Shown here piece by piece: positions 1 to 13,277 of a stretch of DNA of 64,000 nucleotides. The DNA is taken from positions 16,740,001-16,804,000 of the forward strand of contig CM022666.1 in the NCBI GenBank assembly GCA_012295275.1, read 5' to 3'. This DNA is from Chrysomallon squamiferum (taxonomy: Eukaryota > Animalia > Mollusca). Position numbers and translations under genes: made by a program. Every line of letters starts with the position of its first letter. Positions within the stretch are counted from its first letter, which is position 1. The notes below the pieces were generated by a model that did no database searches, was not told the origin of the DNA, and was given only the letters and a program-made list of their open reading frames with translations.

Positions 1-622
1 CTACGCCGATGTTGTGTATCGCCTCGATTCTCCTGATGTGAAGTCTCGCTTTCCCGAACAGTTTCAAGTATATCGCGAATACCGTCACTATGGGAACGAA
101 CGCAACGGCGAACACAAATATGACGTAATTAGTTTTCACGACGTACAGAAATGAACAGTACTTCTTATAATCGCCGTTATTCCAGCCCATGAGGGGAGAA
201 AACCCGACCAGCAGAGAGTGAATCCAGGCGGCGCTGATGCAGCATACAGCTTTTGGTGACGTCATTATTTGTTGATAGCGCAGAGCGCGAGTTATTGCGA
301 TCACTCGGTCAATAGCTACGAGCAGGATGCACAGAGTGGAGGCTTCGAGGAAGGAGACAGTCAAACCAATTCTGAACAGACACAGGCCCAGAGTCTGCTC
401 GTTAGCTGCGCTCATGATGGTCAGTACAGATACGGCACCGACACCAACGTCAGCGACAACAAGAGACAAAACAAACCAGTATGTGGGTCTGTACAGTTTC
501 CTCTCAACGGCGATGTATATCAGCACAACGCTGTTGCTGATGATGATCAGAACGACGACAGGAATGAGGACGTAATGTTTGATCCTTTCATGGATATTAT
601 TAGAATCCATGTAACAAACCAT
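1..622 (-). CDS. Class A (rhodopsin-like) GPCR, adenosine-receptor/GPR119-like; TM1-TM5 present, 3' end truncated by the window edge
   Basis: Manual minus-strand translation from ATG 622 (in-frame TGA at 626-628; second ATG at 610): MVCYMDSNNIHERIKHYVLIPVVVLIIISNSVVLIYIAVERKLYRPTYWFVLSLVVADVGVG...CLFRIGLTVSFLEASTLCILLVAIDRVIAITRALRYQQIMT...AWIHSLLVGFSPLMGWNNGDYKKYCSFLYVV...IYLKLFGKARLHIRRI. TM1 Asn, SLxxAD, DRV, TM4 Trp and PLMGWN resemble adenosine/GPR119-type receptors. The frame is open to base 1. Confidence 0.9.
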   Translation of the reverse strand, partial: MVCYMDSNNIHERIKHYVLIPVVVLIIISNSVVLIYIAVERKLYRPTYWFVLSLVVADVGVGAVSVLTIMSAANEQTLGLCLFRIGLTVSFLEASTLCILLVAIDRVIAITRALRYQQIMTSPKAVCCISAAWIHSLLVGFSPLMGWNNGDYKKYCSFLYVVKTNYVIFVFAVAFVPIVTVFAIYLKLFGKARLHIRRIEAIHNIGV

Positions 623-1614
623 TCTTCAGTATTTTCAAATTTACAGTTAACTGTTCAGATTAATAAATATCGTCCAGTTTACACTGCGCTTAAAATTCAA
701 AGATTTGGACAATAAATATTACTTGATATAAACTAATCCTGGATTAACAGTAATCCGAAACCGTCACTGGACTATACAGTATTCCACCATTCAGTTTGGT
801 CAGCTAATCCAGAATAGTATTTCTTGGTCTGTTTCAGTCAGTGATGTTAATAACCTCTACAGGGGATATCAGCTAGACTCCTCATTTACTGGAATGAAGT
901 CATATTACATCACGACGTTATTGTGAGAAATACTTTTTCCTCAGCTCTTTAAGGATGAAATACTGTTTTTTTTTTTTTGTATAGATTAATGTGTGAGTGA
1001 AATGGTCAGCACATTACTCAATACAAAATGACGCTTCTTCAGTTTTTATCTGAAAACAATTGATTTGTTTCACAGGTCGCGATTTGCAATTTCTTTCTTA
1101 AACAGAACAATAGTTTATAGAAAATCTGTAATTTTTGTTTGAAGCATTCAGATGTCAGTTATCAATTCTTTCTCTTACAAAAACAAAACATTTGAAAAAC
1201 TGAATCCAAGAAAGTTTTCCGAGTGCTGTATTAGTAAAGTTAATCCTCGAATCAACACACAGAATCAGATTTCAACAGTGTTAGCAAAAGACTTCATAAA
1301 CCAGATTAAACTTTCATCACAGAAAATAAAAAATACCATTGACTTGCACAGGAAATCTGAGTCTGAGAGTTCAGTTCTGCTAGATCCAGGGTAAAATGGT
1401 TCTGAACACTATTACTAGCTTGTGAAAGAAACAAGAGAAGCGTGCAGTGGAGGAAAGTGTTTGAATCTGCTGTTTTCAAACAGGTGAAGTTTTCCACTGA
1501 TAACTTAGATCGATTTTCCTTTTTCATCTGCTTTCTTATCAAACATTTGTATCTGTTTAAACAAATTATATCAATAATTCTACTTTGTACAGACTGATGT
1601 TATTATTATTATTA

Positions 1615-1660
<46 letters not shown>

Positions 1661-3658
1661 CGTTGTTTGTGTTGTTATATTTTTGCTGATGCTACTTTTG
1701 TTGTTGTAGTTCTTGTTCTTCTTATTTCTGTCGTTGATGTAGATCATGTTGTTTTAAGAGTGCAAACAAAAATAAAACATTCTGTAATTTTATATATAGC
1801 CATTACTACTATTACTTCTGTTAACACCACCATTACTACTACAACAACTACTACTACTTCTACTACTATTGCGATTACTACTACAATCACTACTATTACC
1901 ATTACCATTACTACTGCTGTTGCTACTACAACAACTACTACTACTACTACTACTACTACTAATGCAGCTACTACTACTAATGCTACTGCTACTATTATTA
2001 TTCCTAAGGCCACATCTGTTAATGATATCATATTGTTTCACATTGTTGTCTGACATCAGCGACTATTAGTGTTCTGATGTTTAATTAGACTCAGGTGAGT
2101 GTTTGTGTTTCCGGGCTCTGCTCTTGTAGAGATGAAATCAATTTTGTAATCACACACTGCGATCTGCTGAACAAACTTTCTGTTTACCCAACCAGTTCAT
2201 CTCAGTCGTCACAATGTGATAACACAGAATTATCACAAACACACGTCAGATGTGTGACAATACTTCGTTATGTGTCACAGCTCGTAATTTACCAGTAACA
2301 CAGGGTAATAATGAGCATAGTATTGAAAAGAAGTGTTAAGAGATCACTGTGTAATAAATATGAATTTGAAAGTAGTGGGCATTGTCTTGAACGGGAAAGA
2401 GATCAGTGAAAGGTCAGTGGACTGCAGAACGTTGACAACGCGACAACATGATACGGCTTGACCACGTCGTGTCGACTTTTGACGATTCGTTGGCGGTAGC
2501 TGTAGTAATATTGTACAAAGAAATCAGACTTCATTTAATTACTATGTATATAAGTAATTTATATTTCTTCTTTTGTTCTTCTTTTTCAGCAGCAGCAACA
2601 AAACAACACCCACAGCTAAAACATTAACAGCAGTCCAGTGCACATCATCTGACTCGTTGTACTCGTTTTTTCAGTGCTGTTTGTGTAATGTGGGATTGTT
2701 ATATAGAGTGGTTTTAATTCTGAATACATTTTGTTTATCAGTTGTTGATCTTTTTTGTTGTTTTTTTTTTTTGTGTTGCTTATTTTGTTGTTGTTTTTTA
2801 ATACTGTATTTGAATAGAAAGTTTCATCAGAAAAATCTTTCCCTAACTCAAAAACAAACTTGAAGATTAATTGCTTCATATATTAATTACATACAAAGAC
2901 GTATTTTATTTACTGTTGTGCAGATGTTTATTCATATTTTCATTAATGTACACACGTCGCGTTTTAAACATTCTAAAACCACGTTACACACTCCAGTTTT
3001 ATTTCATTTCATATGCTCTATATATATATATATATATAAAGCCTGGAGGATATTTCCACTCTTCACATCTTTATTAATTATGTATATATTACTTAACACT
3101 TTCACCTTTAAGAGTTCGCTGTCATTTAATCTGTATATGTGTGTGCGCGCTTCATTGTGCGTGTGTACATTATGCCTATACAGATCAAACGCATATAAAT
3201 TCAATGATACATTCACGTCATGAATATAAAAACAATATATTTACATACGTACATACACACAGACATATTAAAATGCACATACACGCATATATAAATATAT
3301 AGATTTTTTCATACATTTATAATTATGAAAAGCTCAGTTGCATTTCTATGAAAACCGAGTGTGATGCACTAAGAGAAAGTCATGAAGGAAAACCTACAAT
3401 GACAAAAATCCAGTAGTAGAGAACCGCTGAATATAGATACATATATACAGAAAGATTGATACATACAAATATAAATACACATACATACTTACTGACATAC
3501 ATTCATAAATTCATATATAATTATATACAGAAACACAAATATATGTACAGGTTCATATACACAAATATACACTCCCACTTAAACAAACACCCGTCCCACC
3601 ACTTTCGTAAGCTTGTAGTAACAGCAAAAATGTGTGAACAGAGAATGAAACGATGTTT

Positions 3659-4837
3659 TCAATTATCTAACAAAATGGAGGCTTCCATCACCGAGGTGGC
3701 GGTCTGAGCGAACTGTGAGATTTCGAAATACGCATCTTTCTTCTTCTTCTGCTTCGTGCATTTCCTGAAAAACGTCTTCTTGAAGACTTTCCTGAAGTTG
3801 TCGCCAAACACGTAGCAGAGTAAACAGTTGAGAGAAAAGTTCAGGTAGAAAAGCAGCTCGAAAACCCTCTGCAGAATCAGATCGACGAGAGTCGGTTCAC
3901 TGCGACTGTCCATGTACTGGAACACGACCAGTTTCGTCCTCAGCACGTGACTGGGTGTGTGGAGAAGGAAGAAGATGAGAGAAAGAGAGAAGAGGAATTT
4001 TATGACTTTCCCCTCTGGCGTCTGATACCTGCACGTTCTCCGCCTCGGCTGACCGATTCCGCCCAGTCGCTGTTTCCGCTTGAACGCGCGCAGAGCGCTG
4101 AGCATGATGGCGAGGACGAAGAAGACGATGATGAGAGACGGCAGAAGCAAGGTGATGACGGTGTCGATGTACGTCATGACCAGCAGCGTGTCTGCGAACC
4201 GGTCGAGCGACGTGCAGTAGGAGCTGGGACCGAACCTGACGATGCCCGTCGTCCACAGAGAGAAGCTGTAGAAGAGCAGAGCGAAGCAGATGAAGCTGGT
4301 GATGACGACGAGCGCCATGCGTCTCGTGCACAGCACGTGGATCATGGCGTGTTTGGAAATGCGGACAAAATTCTCGCACGTTATGATGACGACGAACCAC
4401 ACGGACAGGAAGCCGCAGACGTAGCTCAGGAACACAGTCACGTGACACACCCCCTCCATCAGAAGGAAGGGAACTCGGATGCGGTAGAGCCAGACGACGA
4501 GGAGGGACACGAGGAAGCCGATGTCGCAGAGAGACTTGGCGGCCAGGTACAGACAGCACGACGTGTTCCTCAACACCGGGTTGAGAAACGTCCCCGACGC
4601 CAGCACGTTTCCGATCATCCCAACGACGCAGACGACTGGGATGAGAACAGTCTGGATTCGCCTCACTACGACGTACACTGGATTTGACAGAGCCTCGAAC
4701 TGAACCTCACCAGCAGACGAGTTGTCAAGTAACATCTTAATTTGGTTTGTGACGTTCTCCTGACAAAGCAGCAGATACTCTCCCGGGTGAGTAACGTTTG
4801 AGTGAACAAACACAGTTCCTCTGCAACCTTCACTCAT
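3659..4837 (-). CDS. Intronless-CDS class A GPCR, invertebrate peptide-receptor-like (FMRFamide/TRH/sex-peptide receptor-like group), 392 aa
   Basis: ORF track 3659..4846 begins at GTG; the first ATG is 4837 (in-frame TAA at 4886-4888). Seven hydrophobic segments, N-terminal NVT/NVT/NSS sequons, GMIGN (TM1), YLAAKSLCD (TM2), TM3 and ECL2 Cys, SVWFVVIITCENF (TM3), LHTP (TM6), NFSLNCLLC (TM7), helix-8 NFRKVF. Confidence 0.93.
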   Translation of the reverse strand: MSEGCRGTVFVHSNVTHPGEYLLLCQENVTNQIKMLLDNSSAGEVQFEALSNPVYVVVRRIQTVLIPVVCVVGMIGNVLASGTFLNPVLRNTSCCLYLAAKSLCDIGFLVSLLVVWLYRIRVPFLLMEGVCHVTVFLSYVCGFLSVWFVVIITCENFVRISKHAMIHVLCTRRMALVVITSFICFALLFYSFSLWTTGIVRFGPSSYCTSLDRFADTLLVMTYIDTVITLLLPSLIIVFFVLAIMLSALRAFKRKQRLGGIGQPRRRTCRYQTPEGKVIKFLFSLSLIFFLLHTPSHVLRTKLVVFQYMDSRSEPTLVDLILQRVFELLFYLNFSLNCLLCYVFGDNFRKVFKKTFFRKCTKQKKKKDAYFEISQFAQTATSVMEASILLDN

Positions 4838-5572
4838 CTCCAGCACACTAGTACTTCTCTGTTTTAGTGTTCCGCTGTAAACTGTTTATAACAAAACTGT
4901 ATTGTTACTAATCCTGGATTCACCAGTGACACTAGATTACTAAATCATGTATCACAGTCTTTGTAGAACTAACAAAATGTTACTATAACTCTTCATTCTT
5001 GCAGTAGTTTTTGTAAGATAAATAACAATTCCTGCAGAACAAACACGTGTCACTTGTACAGTATCTGATTCGACAAGGACGTTTTTTTTTTTAAAAATTA
5101 TTTCCTTCGTTTAGAGAATTTCAAAATTCTGTTTCCTTGGTAACATCTAAAGCCCTTCAATACTTCAGGCTAGATCATCTCCGTAATCTACAATGAAAAA
5201 TCAAAAATCAAAACAAAAATCAAAATCAAAATAAAACATCTTTATCTCGAATATATGTTATTTTCTTTCCTCATATTTAGTCTACGTTTCTAATTAAAAA
5301 AAAAAAATCAATAAAAAAAACTAGTTTATTCATTTATAAACATACGCATACAATCCCAAGCTGATCAGTAGGCAACATACTTTCCTCTCTCTTTGTATGT
5401 CTGTATGTGTGAGTATGTATATTTAAGAATGAACATTAGGTTGTCTTGGTACGTCTGATTGTACTCTGTACACAGGCAGCATTCGTGAGCAAACAAACGT
5501 CAGAAGCAGCTACAAAACGACAGCATCCAGCCATCAAAACAACCTATTTATGTTTACATCTATGTATCTATG

Positions 5573-5707
<135 letters not shown>

Positions 5708-5779
5708 TTACGTCTATCCATCCGTCCATCTATCTATCTATACATATATGCATTGTATGTATGTATCTATGTCTATACA

Positions 5780-5901
<122 letters not shown>

Positions 5902-7029
5902 TTTTAATTTCGACTAATGTTAAAACATTAATATTTATTATATTTTATTTTATTTCATTTTATTTATTTTTGATTTATTTAAATATGACGTATTTGCTAC
6001 GAGGAATAGTCACTGAGGTAAAAAGTTTTATTTGTAAACATTTGAATACAGGACTTCGTTTCCGTCCAGACTACTTCCTTTTCAGCCGTCGATGTAGTTA
6101 GAAAAACGATTGCGTGAACGTCGCTAATCCGGAGAAGAACGTCCAGCTGGAAACGTGAAGATTACGTATCTTCTGCCTTTTCACTCCCCAAATTAGGTTT
6201 TTAATGATTCATTATACGTTTAAATGAGGAAGGAGAGAAAAAGATTATATTGATATTGATTCGTGATGATACGATCAGCAATGACGTCACGGTCTAAAGC
6301 AGAAATCTGCCTGGCAGACAGACAATTTGTAAGCTTATACATAACAAACGTATTACTCTGCTTCGGTTACGTCCCTGAGGCGTGCAGGTTAACGAAACAC
6401 GCAAAAAGTAACAAACTAAATTCTACACTGAAAACTGCAAATCAGCATCGAAAAAATAATATAAACAACTGGGAATAAAAAGAAAGAAAGAAATACGATA
6501 TTGTAGGTGTTTGTTTTTTTGTTGTTGTTTTTGTTTTGTTTTTCTCTACTGATCGTTACTGTTTACTGGAAGAGAGTTTGCTTAATTCATTACGTCTGTT
6601 TGAACAAGATATAAGTAATAATAATAAAAGAAAATGATAATATAAATAAATTTGTAAATAAATAAATAAATAAATAACAATTATTAAATAAAATTAAAAA
6701 ATAAAATAAAAATAACAAAATCGGTGATGAGCAGAATGACTGGTTATTTTGAACAAGTTAAAATCTCGCATGGATTAAATACATGTTAAACTGCACTTCC
6801 CCCTCCTCGTTTTTAAGTTTATCTGAGCGAGCTGGATGGTTAGTGTCCAGTTTGGAATATCACGAATTCTAACAGTACATTAATAAAGAAGTAAAATTAA
6901 AAAAATAAATTTTTGTATCAGTCGTATTAAAATACATGCAATTTCAGTATATCGGATTTTTGCTGAGATCTTTTTTATTCCATTAACCTCTTATGTTATA
7001 ATAAACAACAGCAGATGTATGAGCAATGT

Positions 7030-7740
7030 ATGTCACAAAAACAGAAATATTAGTTACTGTCTATGTCACAAAACTGAAATATTAGTTATTGTCTATGTCA
7101 CATAAACAGAAATATTAGTTACTGTCTATATCACAAAAACTGAAATATTAGTTACTGTCTATGTCACAAAAACTGAAATATTAGTTACTGTCTATATCAC
7201 AAGAACTGAAATATTAGTTACTGTCTATGTCACAAAAACTGAAATATTAGTTACTGTCTATGTCACATAAACTGAAATATTAGTTACTGTCTGAAATATT
7301 AGTTACTATGTCACAAAAACTGAAATATTAGTTACTGTCTATGTCACATAAACTGAAATATTAGTTACTGTCTATGTCACAAAAACTGAAATATTAGTTA
7401 CTGTCTATGTCACATAAACTGAAATATTAGTTACTGTTTATATCACATAAACTGAAATATTAGTTACTGTCTATGTCACAAAAACTGAAATATTAGTTAC
7501 TGTCTACATCACAAAAACAGAAATATTAGTTACTGTCTATGTCACATAAACTGAAATATTAGTTACTGTCTATGTCACGTAAACTGAAATATTAGTTACT
7601 GTCTATTTCACAAAAACTGAAATATTAGTTACTGTCTATGTCACAAAAACTGAAATATTAGTTACTGTCTATGTCACAAAACTGAAATATTAGTTCCTGT
7701 CTATATCACATAAACTGAAATATTAGTTACTGTTTATGTC
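7030..7740. repeat. Minisatellite, ~33-bp unit TGTCACAAAAACTGAAATATTAGTTACTGTCTA, about 21 copies
   Basis: Directly visible tandem array. Confidence 0.95.
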
Positions 7741-8998
7741 AGATGAGTTGAAAACTCACTGTTTACGACATTCAGTCTGAAGTCAGTAATTTTCTGTAAT
7801 GACAGTCTGAAATGTGACCATTATTAAATCACGTGACTGATGACTTTTTGCCTTGTTTACTACATTTAACTCAAATTATTAATTATTGATCGCCTCACCC
7901 ACATTTCCCTATACTCCACGTAAAACTATTTTTGATCGCTTAAAATTTGCTTAATATTTTCTTTGATTAAATTAAATACGTGTTTCTGTTTGCCTGAAAT
8001 AAGCGGATTATCGGTTATGTCTCTACTGTCCCTGAGATGTACAGATTAGAAAAATGGCTTCTTTAATTTAATTTTTTTTTAAAAGGAGATAAAAATAATT
8101 ATTACAAAGTTTTATGTACTATTTCAGATTGCGTGTCTGTTATCGGAATGTTTAACCTGAACTACAGTGCTATCTCTTAAATCCATAGTTTAATACGGAG
8201 CAGTTTTCACTGGAGATTGTAATCTAAGATAAATTTAATTTGATCCTTTTTCCGGCCTTGAGGTGCATAATGAATACACTCAAAGAGATACGAAATTAAA
8301 ACAGATTTAAATGTCCACGAAATGATCATCTCCCTCTACATTTCTAAGTCCAATTTGATCTACTAGTGATTGAGATATTCACCTTACAAAATATAACACG
8401 CACAAAAATAGTCACTAATATAACTCAGCATACGCTTAAAGGGAATAAATAATGTTATTTACTTGATCATACGAAGAAAAGCATATTAAATTTTAATGTT
8501 AAACAGATATTTCAATGTTAATGGAGACTGACAGCTAAACAGACAGATACATTTTTACCTACGTATGAATTAGAAATGATAATAACTAAACCTACATATT
8601 TATTCTACAATGATAATAAAATACAGAACAGGAAACCATAACACAGTAACGTGAAATAACATAGCGTAACAACGTAACGTAACGTAATGCGATATGATTT
8701 AATATAACATAACACTGCATAATGTAACGTAATATGGCAGTTTGATATACTTAATATATCATACTACAATGCAACATAATGTAACGATGGACTAAGAGAT
8801 ATTAATCAAGAAAGTTAACTACTTACGTATAACAGTAGAGATCCTCACAGAGTCATGTGAAAAGTCAGTGTAACGTTATTTCTATCGATTCTGCTCGGTT
8901 TGACAAACACGCCTGTCTCCTGTCACAGACCAACCACATTTCTCGTCGCAGTACTGAGCGACAAGTCATCTGACGAGCACAAACAGATAGGTAATGTG

Positions 8999-9076
<78 letters not shown>

Positions 9077-9393
9077 TCAGAGAGAGAGAGAGAGAGAGAG
9101 AAGGAGAGAGACAGAGACAGAGAGAGATAGAGAGCCAGTCAGAAAGAGAGATATAGAGAGAAAGTCAGAAAGAGAGAGATAAAGAGACAGTCAGAGAGAG
9201 AGAGGAGAGAGACAGAGACAGAGAGAGATAGAGAGACAGTCAGAAAGAGAGAGAGAGGGTTGTGGTGTAATGGTTAAGAAGAGGTTTGAGGTTTGCCAAA
9301 CAACTGGTTCAGTCGCTGTTAACGTGTAAAATCTTCTATTTCCGTTTACAAGCAATACTTCATGTCTAGTTAATCATACACAGGAAAGTATAG

Positions 9394-9498
<105 letters not shown>

Positions 9499-9939
9499 AT
9501 CTCTGACTGTCTCTCTATTGATCGCAGAGGGGGCAGAGGAGAGAAAGAAATAAAGAAAAATATGAAGTGGAAACAAGAGACTGAAAGAAAGTAATCATTA
9601 TTATATTTTTTATATTTTTTCTTTAATCTTTTTTATTTTATTTTTTTATCCTTTTGATTGGCTGTAACAAACCAATGATATCAGAATTAATAACGGGATA
9701 TTTATGGTAAGATTAATGGTTGGTTTGTAAATTGGCTGTTTTTAAACACGTGACAGCTTTGATGTTTTATATTATTTTATCACGAGATGACGGTGTAAAT
9801 CAGGTGCACGCTGTATTGGATATATTTAACGTCCGATCTTCCGCTTTCAGGCTGCTTCTCAGCTTTCACACACACACTAATTAGCATCAAACCCGTTGTC
9901 TGTCAGTCCATCAGTTCTTACAACCATCAATCAATTATC

Positions 9940-10330
9940 AATCAACCATCAATCAACCATCCATTAATCCATCCATCCATCCATCCATCAATCCATCCAT
10001 CCATCCATCCATCCATCCATGCATCCATGCATCCATCCATCCATCCATGCATCCATCCATTCATCCAGCCATCCATGCATCCATCTATGCATCCATCCAT
10101 CAATCCATCCATCCATCCATCCATGCATCCATCCATGCATCCATCCATCAATCCATCCATCCATCCATCTATCCATCCATCCATCCATCCATCCATCAAT
10201 CCATCCATCCATGCATCCATCCATCCATCCATCCATCCATGCATCCATCCATCCATCCATGCATCCATCCATCCATCCATCCATCCATCCATCCATCCAT
10301 CCATGCATCAATGCATCCATCAATCCATCC
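9940..10330. repeat. (CCAT)n microsatellite
   Basis: Directly visible; source of the MDGW/HPSI pseudo-ORFs. Confidence 0.95.
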
Positions 10331-10384
10331 AGCTAACAGCCCTACTCATCTACTTACATACGTACCTGATTGTCAGCCAAATTA

Positions 10385-11040
10385 CGTCTACCTGTCTATC
10401 TATGTAAATCACATCTACCTGTCTATCTATGTAAATCACGTCTACCTGTCTGTCCATCCAAATCACATCTACCTGTCCATCCATGTAATGCATCATCATA
10501 CCTGTCATCTATGTAAATCACGTCTACCTGTCTATAAATCACGTCCACCCATCCATCCATGTAAATCACGTCTATCCTGTCTATCTATGTAAATCACGTC
10601 TTCCTGTCTATCTATGTAAATCACGTATACCTGTCTATCTATGTAAATCACGTATACCTGTCTATCTATGTAAATCACGTATACCTGTCTATCTATGTAA
10701 ATCACGTCTACCTGTCTGTCTATGTAAATCACGTCTACCTGTCTATCTATGTAAATCACATCTACCTGTCTATCTATGTAAATCACGTCTACCTGTCTAT
10801 GTAAATCACGTCTACCTGTCTATCTATGTAAATCACGTCTACCTGTCTATCTATGTAAATCACGTCTTCCTGTCTATCTATGTAAATCACGTATACCTGT
10901 CTATCTATGTAAATCACGTATACCTGTCTATCTATGTAAATCACGTATACCTATCTATGTAAATCACGTATACCTGTCTATCTATGTAAATCACGTCTTC
11001 CTGTCTATCTATGTAAATCACGTATACCTGTCTATCTATG
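10385..11040. repeat. Minisatellite, 27-bp unit CTATGTAAATCACGTCTACCTGTCTAT
   Basis: Directly visible tandem array. Confidence 0.93.
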
Positions 11041-11204
11041 TACATGTGATCCTCAACTGCGACTTTGACAATCTCTTAACAAAATAACAGACGTTATTTT
11101 TTTTATATCTTATGTTTCTTAAATAACATGTTTATATGTGTATGTATGTATGTATGTATGTATGCATGTATGTATGATTATGTGTGTTTGTATGTATGTG
11201 TATG

Positions 11205-11259
11205 TGAGAGAGAGAGACAGACAAGTAAAGAGAGAGAGAGACAGACAGGTAAAGAGATA

Positions 11260-11291
<32 letters not shown>

Positions 11292-11412
11292 CAGAGAGAC
11301 AGAGAAGTAAAGAGAGAGAGACAGAGAAGTAAAGAGAGAGAGAGAGATAGATAGATAGATAGATAGAGAGAGACAGAGAGAGAGAGAGAGACAGACAAAC
11401 CGATAGACAGAC

Positions 11413-11476
<64 letters not shown>

Positions 11477-11566
11477 CGATAGACAGACAGAGAGAGAGAG
11501 ACAGAGAGACAGAAAAGTAAAGAGAGAGACAGACAAACCGATAGACAGACAGACAGACAGAGAGAG

Positions 11567-11642
<76 letters not shown>

Positions 11643-11706
11643 CGATAGACAGACAGAGAGAGAGAGAGACAGAGAGACAGAAAAGTAAAGAGAGAGAGAC
11701 AGAGAA

Positions 11707-11779
<73 letters not shown>

Positions 11780-11856
11780 CGATAGACAGACAGAGAGAGA
11801 GAGAGACAGAGAGACAGAAAAGTAAAGAGAGAGACAGACAAACCGATAGACAGACA

Positions 11857-11907
<51 letters not shown>

Positions 11908-11963
11908 CGATAGACAGACAGAGAGAGAGAGACAGAGAGACTCTCTAAAAGAGAGAGACTCTC

Positions 11964-12028
<65 letters not shown>

Positions 12029-12047
12029 CTTTTATTTTTTTAAAGAG

Positions 12048-12100
<53 letters not shown>

Positions 12101-12112
12101 TTACAGAGAAGT

Positions 12113-12199
<87 letters not shown>

Positions 12200-12204
12200 A
12201 GTAA

Positions 12205-12241
<37 letters not shown>

Positions 12242-12253
12242 AAGAGAGAGAGA
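11205..12253. repeat. Compound (AG)n array with recurring interruptions (CAGACCGATAGACAG, CAGAAAAGTAAAG), giving higher-order structure
   Basis: Directly visible. Confidence 0.9.
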
Positions 12254-12335
12254 GTTCTTCACAATTCATCTTGCTGGATAATGTCACTGCTTGTTACTTA
12301 AATTCTGATCACAACATAAATAAAAGTACACTTAC

Positions 12336-12390
12336 CTAATTAACCTAGTTTTTCTTTCTATTATCAGATGCTTCCTGGAACTATTCATCA
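12336..12390 (-). other. Candidate 55-nt 5'-UTR exon of the 4837 GPCR
   Basis: Minus strand reads ttttttatttctag|TGATGAATAG...TTAATTAG|gtaagt, with a strong acceptor and consensus donor. A matching downstream acceptor (ttttgatttttcattgtag|) opens an exon at 5187. Confidence 0.45.
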
Positions 12391-12682
12391 CTAGAAATAA
12401 AAAATCTTGGTCTCCTGAGTTTTATTTACTCATTACTGAAAAAGTATCAGTTCAAAGAAGAACATTCATTTATTTATTATATGTCATCAATACAATGAGA
12501 CAGTTTATTTATAATGATACAGTAGTAGCTGAAAAAGTTTCAAAAAATGTATAACTGATCAAATTTCAGGTAATATACAAAATAAGGGATTATGGGTAAT
12601 TCGTGAAACAATCATTACATTTAATATAAAAATATTAGAGATTATACATAATTCTAGGTTATAGATATTTCCCACATCACAC

Positions 12683-12748
<66 letters not shown>

Positions 12749-13168
12749 ACTTCTCTGTCTCTCTCTCTGTCTGTCTGTCTGTCTCTCTCATATTACTTTA
12801 TAACTCTTTTATTTTTTTAATTGCTTGCATGGGAAATATTCATTTTGAACACTAAAAACATGTAAAAAAAAGAAAGAAAAATAAACAAAAGAAGGAAGAA
12901 ACTCGCTGGTTACATCACAGTTGATGGTTTTTACCTGATTGGTTCTGTTAAAGTGCAGAGCGAAACGTGCGTGCTAGGATTTGGCAGATTTGTTTTATCT
13001 GTTTTGTTAGCAAAGCTGTTTTGTTGTAGTTGCCAGACGCTATTAAACGTCGACACTTTTACTACGAAGATTTTATCTACCGTTCTTTTCTTTTTTAAAT
13101 AAGTCACTGATTCATTTCAACATGACACGCTATCCTCATTGCAAATTGTATGTATGTATATATATATA

Positions 13169-13214
<46 letters not shown>

Positions 13215-13277
13215 GGGGGGCATGTATGTATGTATGTATGCATGCATGCATGTAATGTATATATATATATATATATA

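Noticed and set aside
269-715. Plus-strand ORFs of 148 aa and 82 aa
   Set aside because: Antisense shadows of the minus-strand GPCR; no recognisable motifs.
1600-2069. Poly-Thr/Val/Ser/Leu ORFs resembling mucin
   Set aside because: Translations of (ACT)n/(ATT)n microsatellites; the same applies to 17956-18219, 30194-30532, 39812-40192 and 46599-47117.
3897-4703. Overlapping ORFs of 220, 246 and 60 aa
   Set aside because: Alternate-frame or antisense shadows of the GC3-rich GPCR CDS.
9258-9320. tRNA-like A-box GTGGTGTAATGGTTAAG
   Set aside because: No cloverleaf and only a degenerate B-box; at most a SINE remnant.
11119-12287. Long SLSL/ERER ORFs up to 369 aa
   Set aside because: Pure (AG)n/(CT)n translations; likewise the HTHT/CVCV and YLSI ORFs throughout the window.
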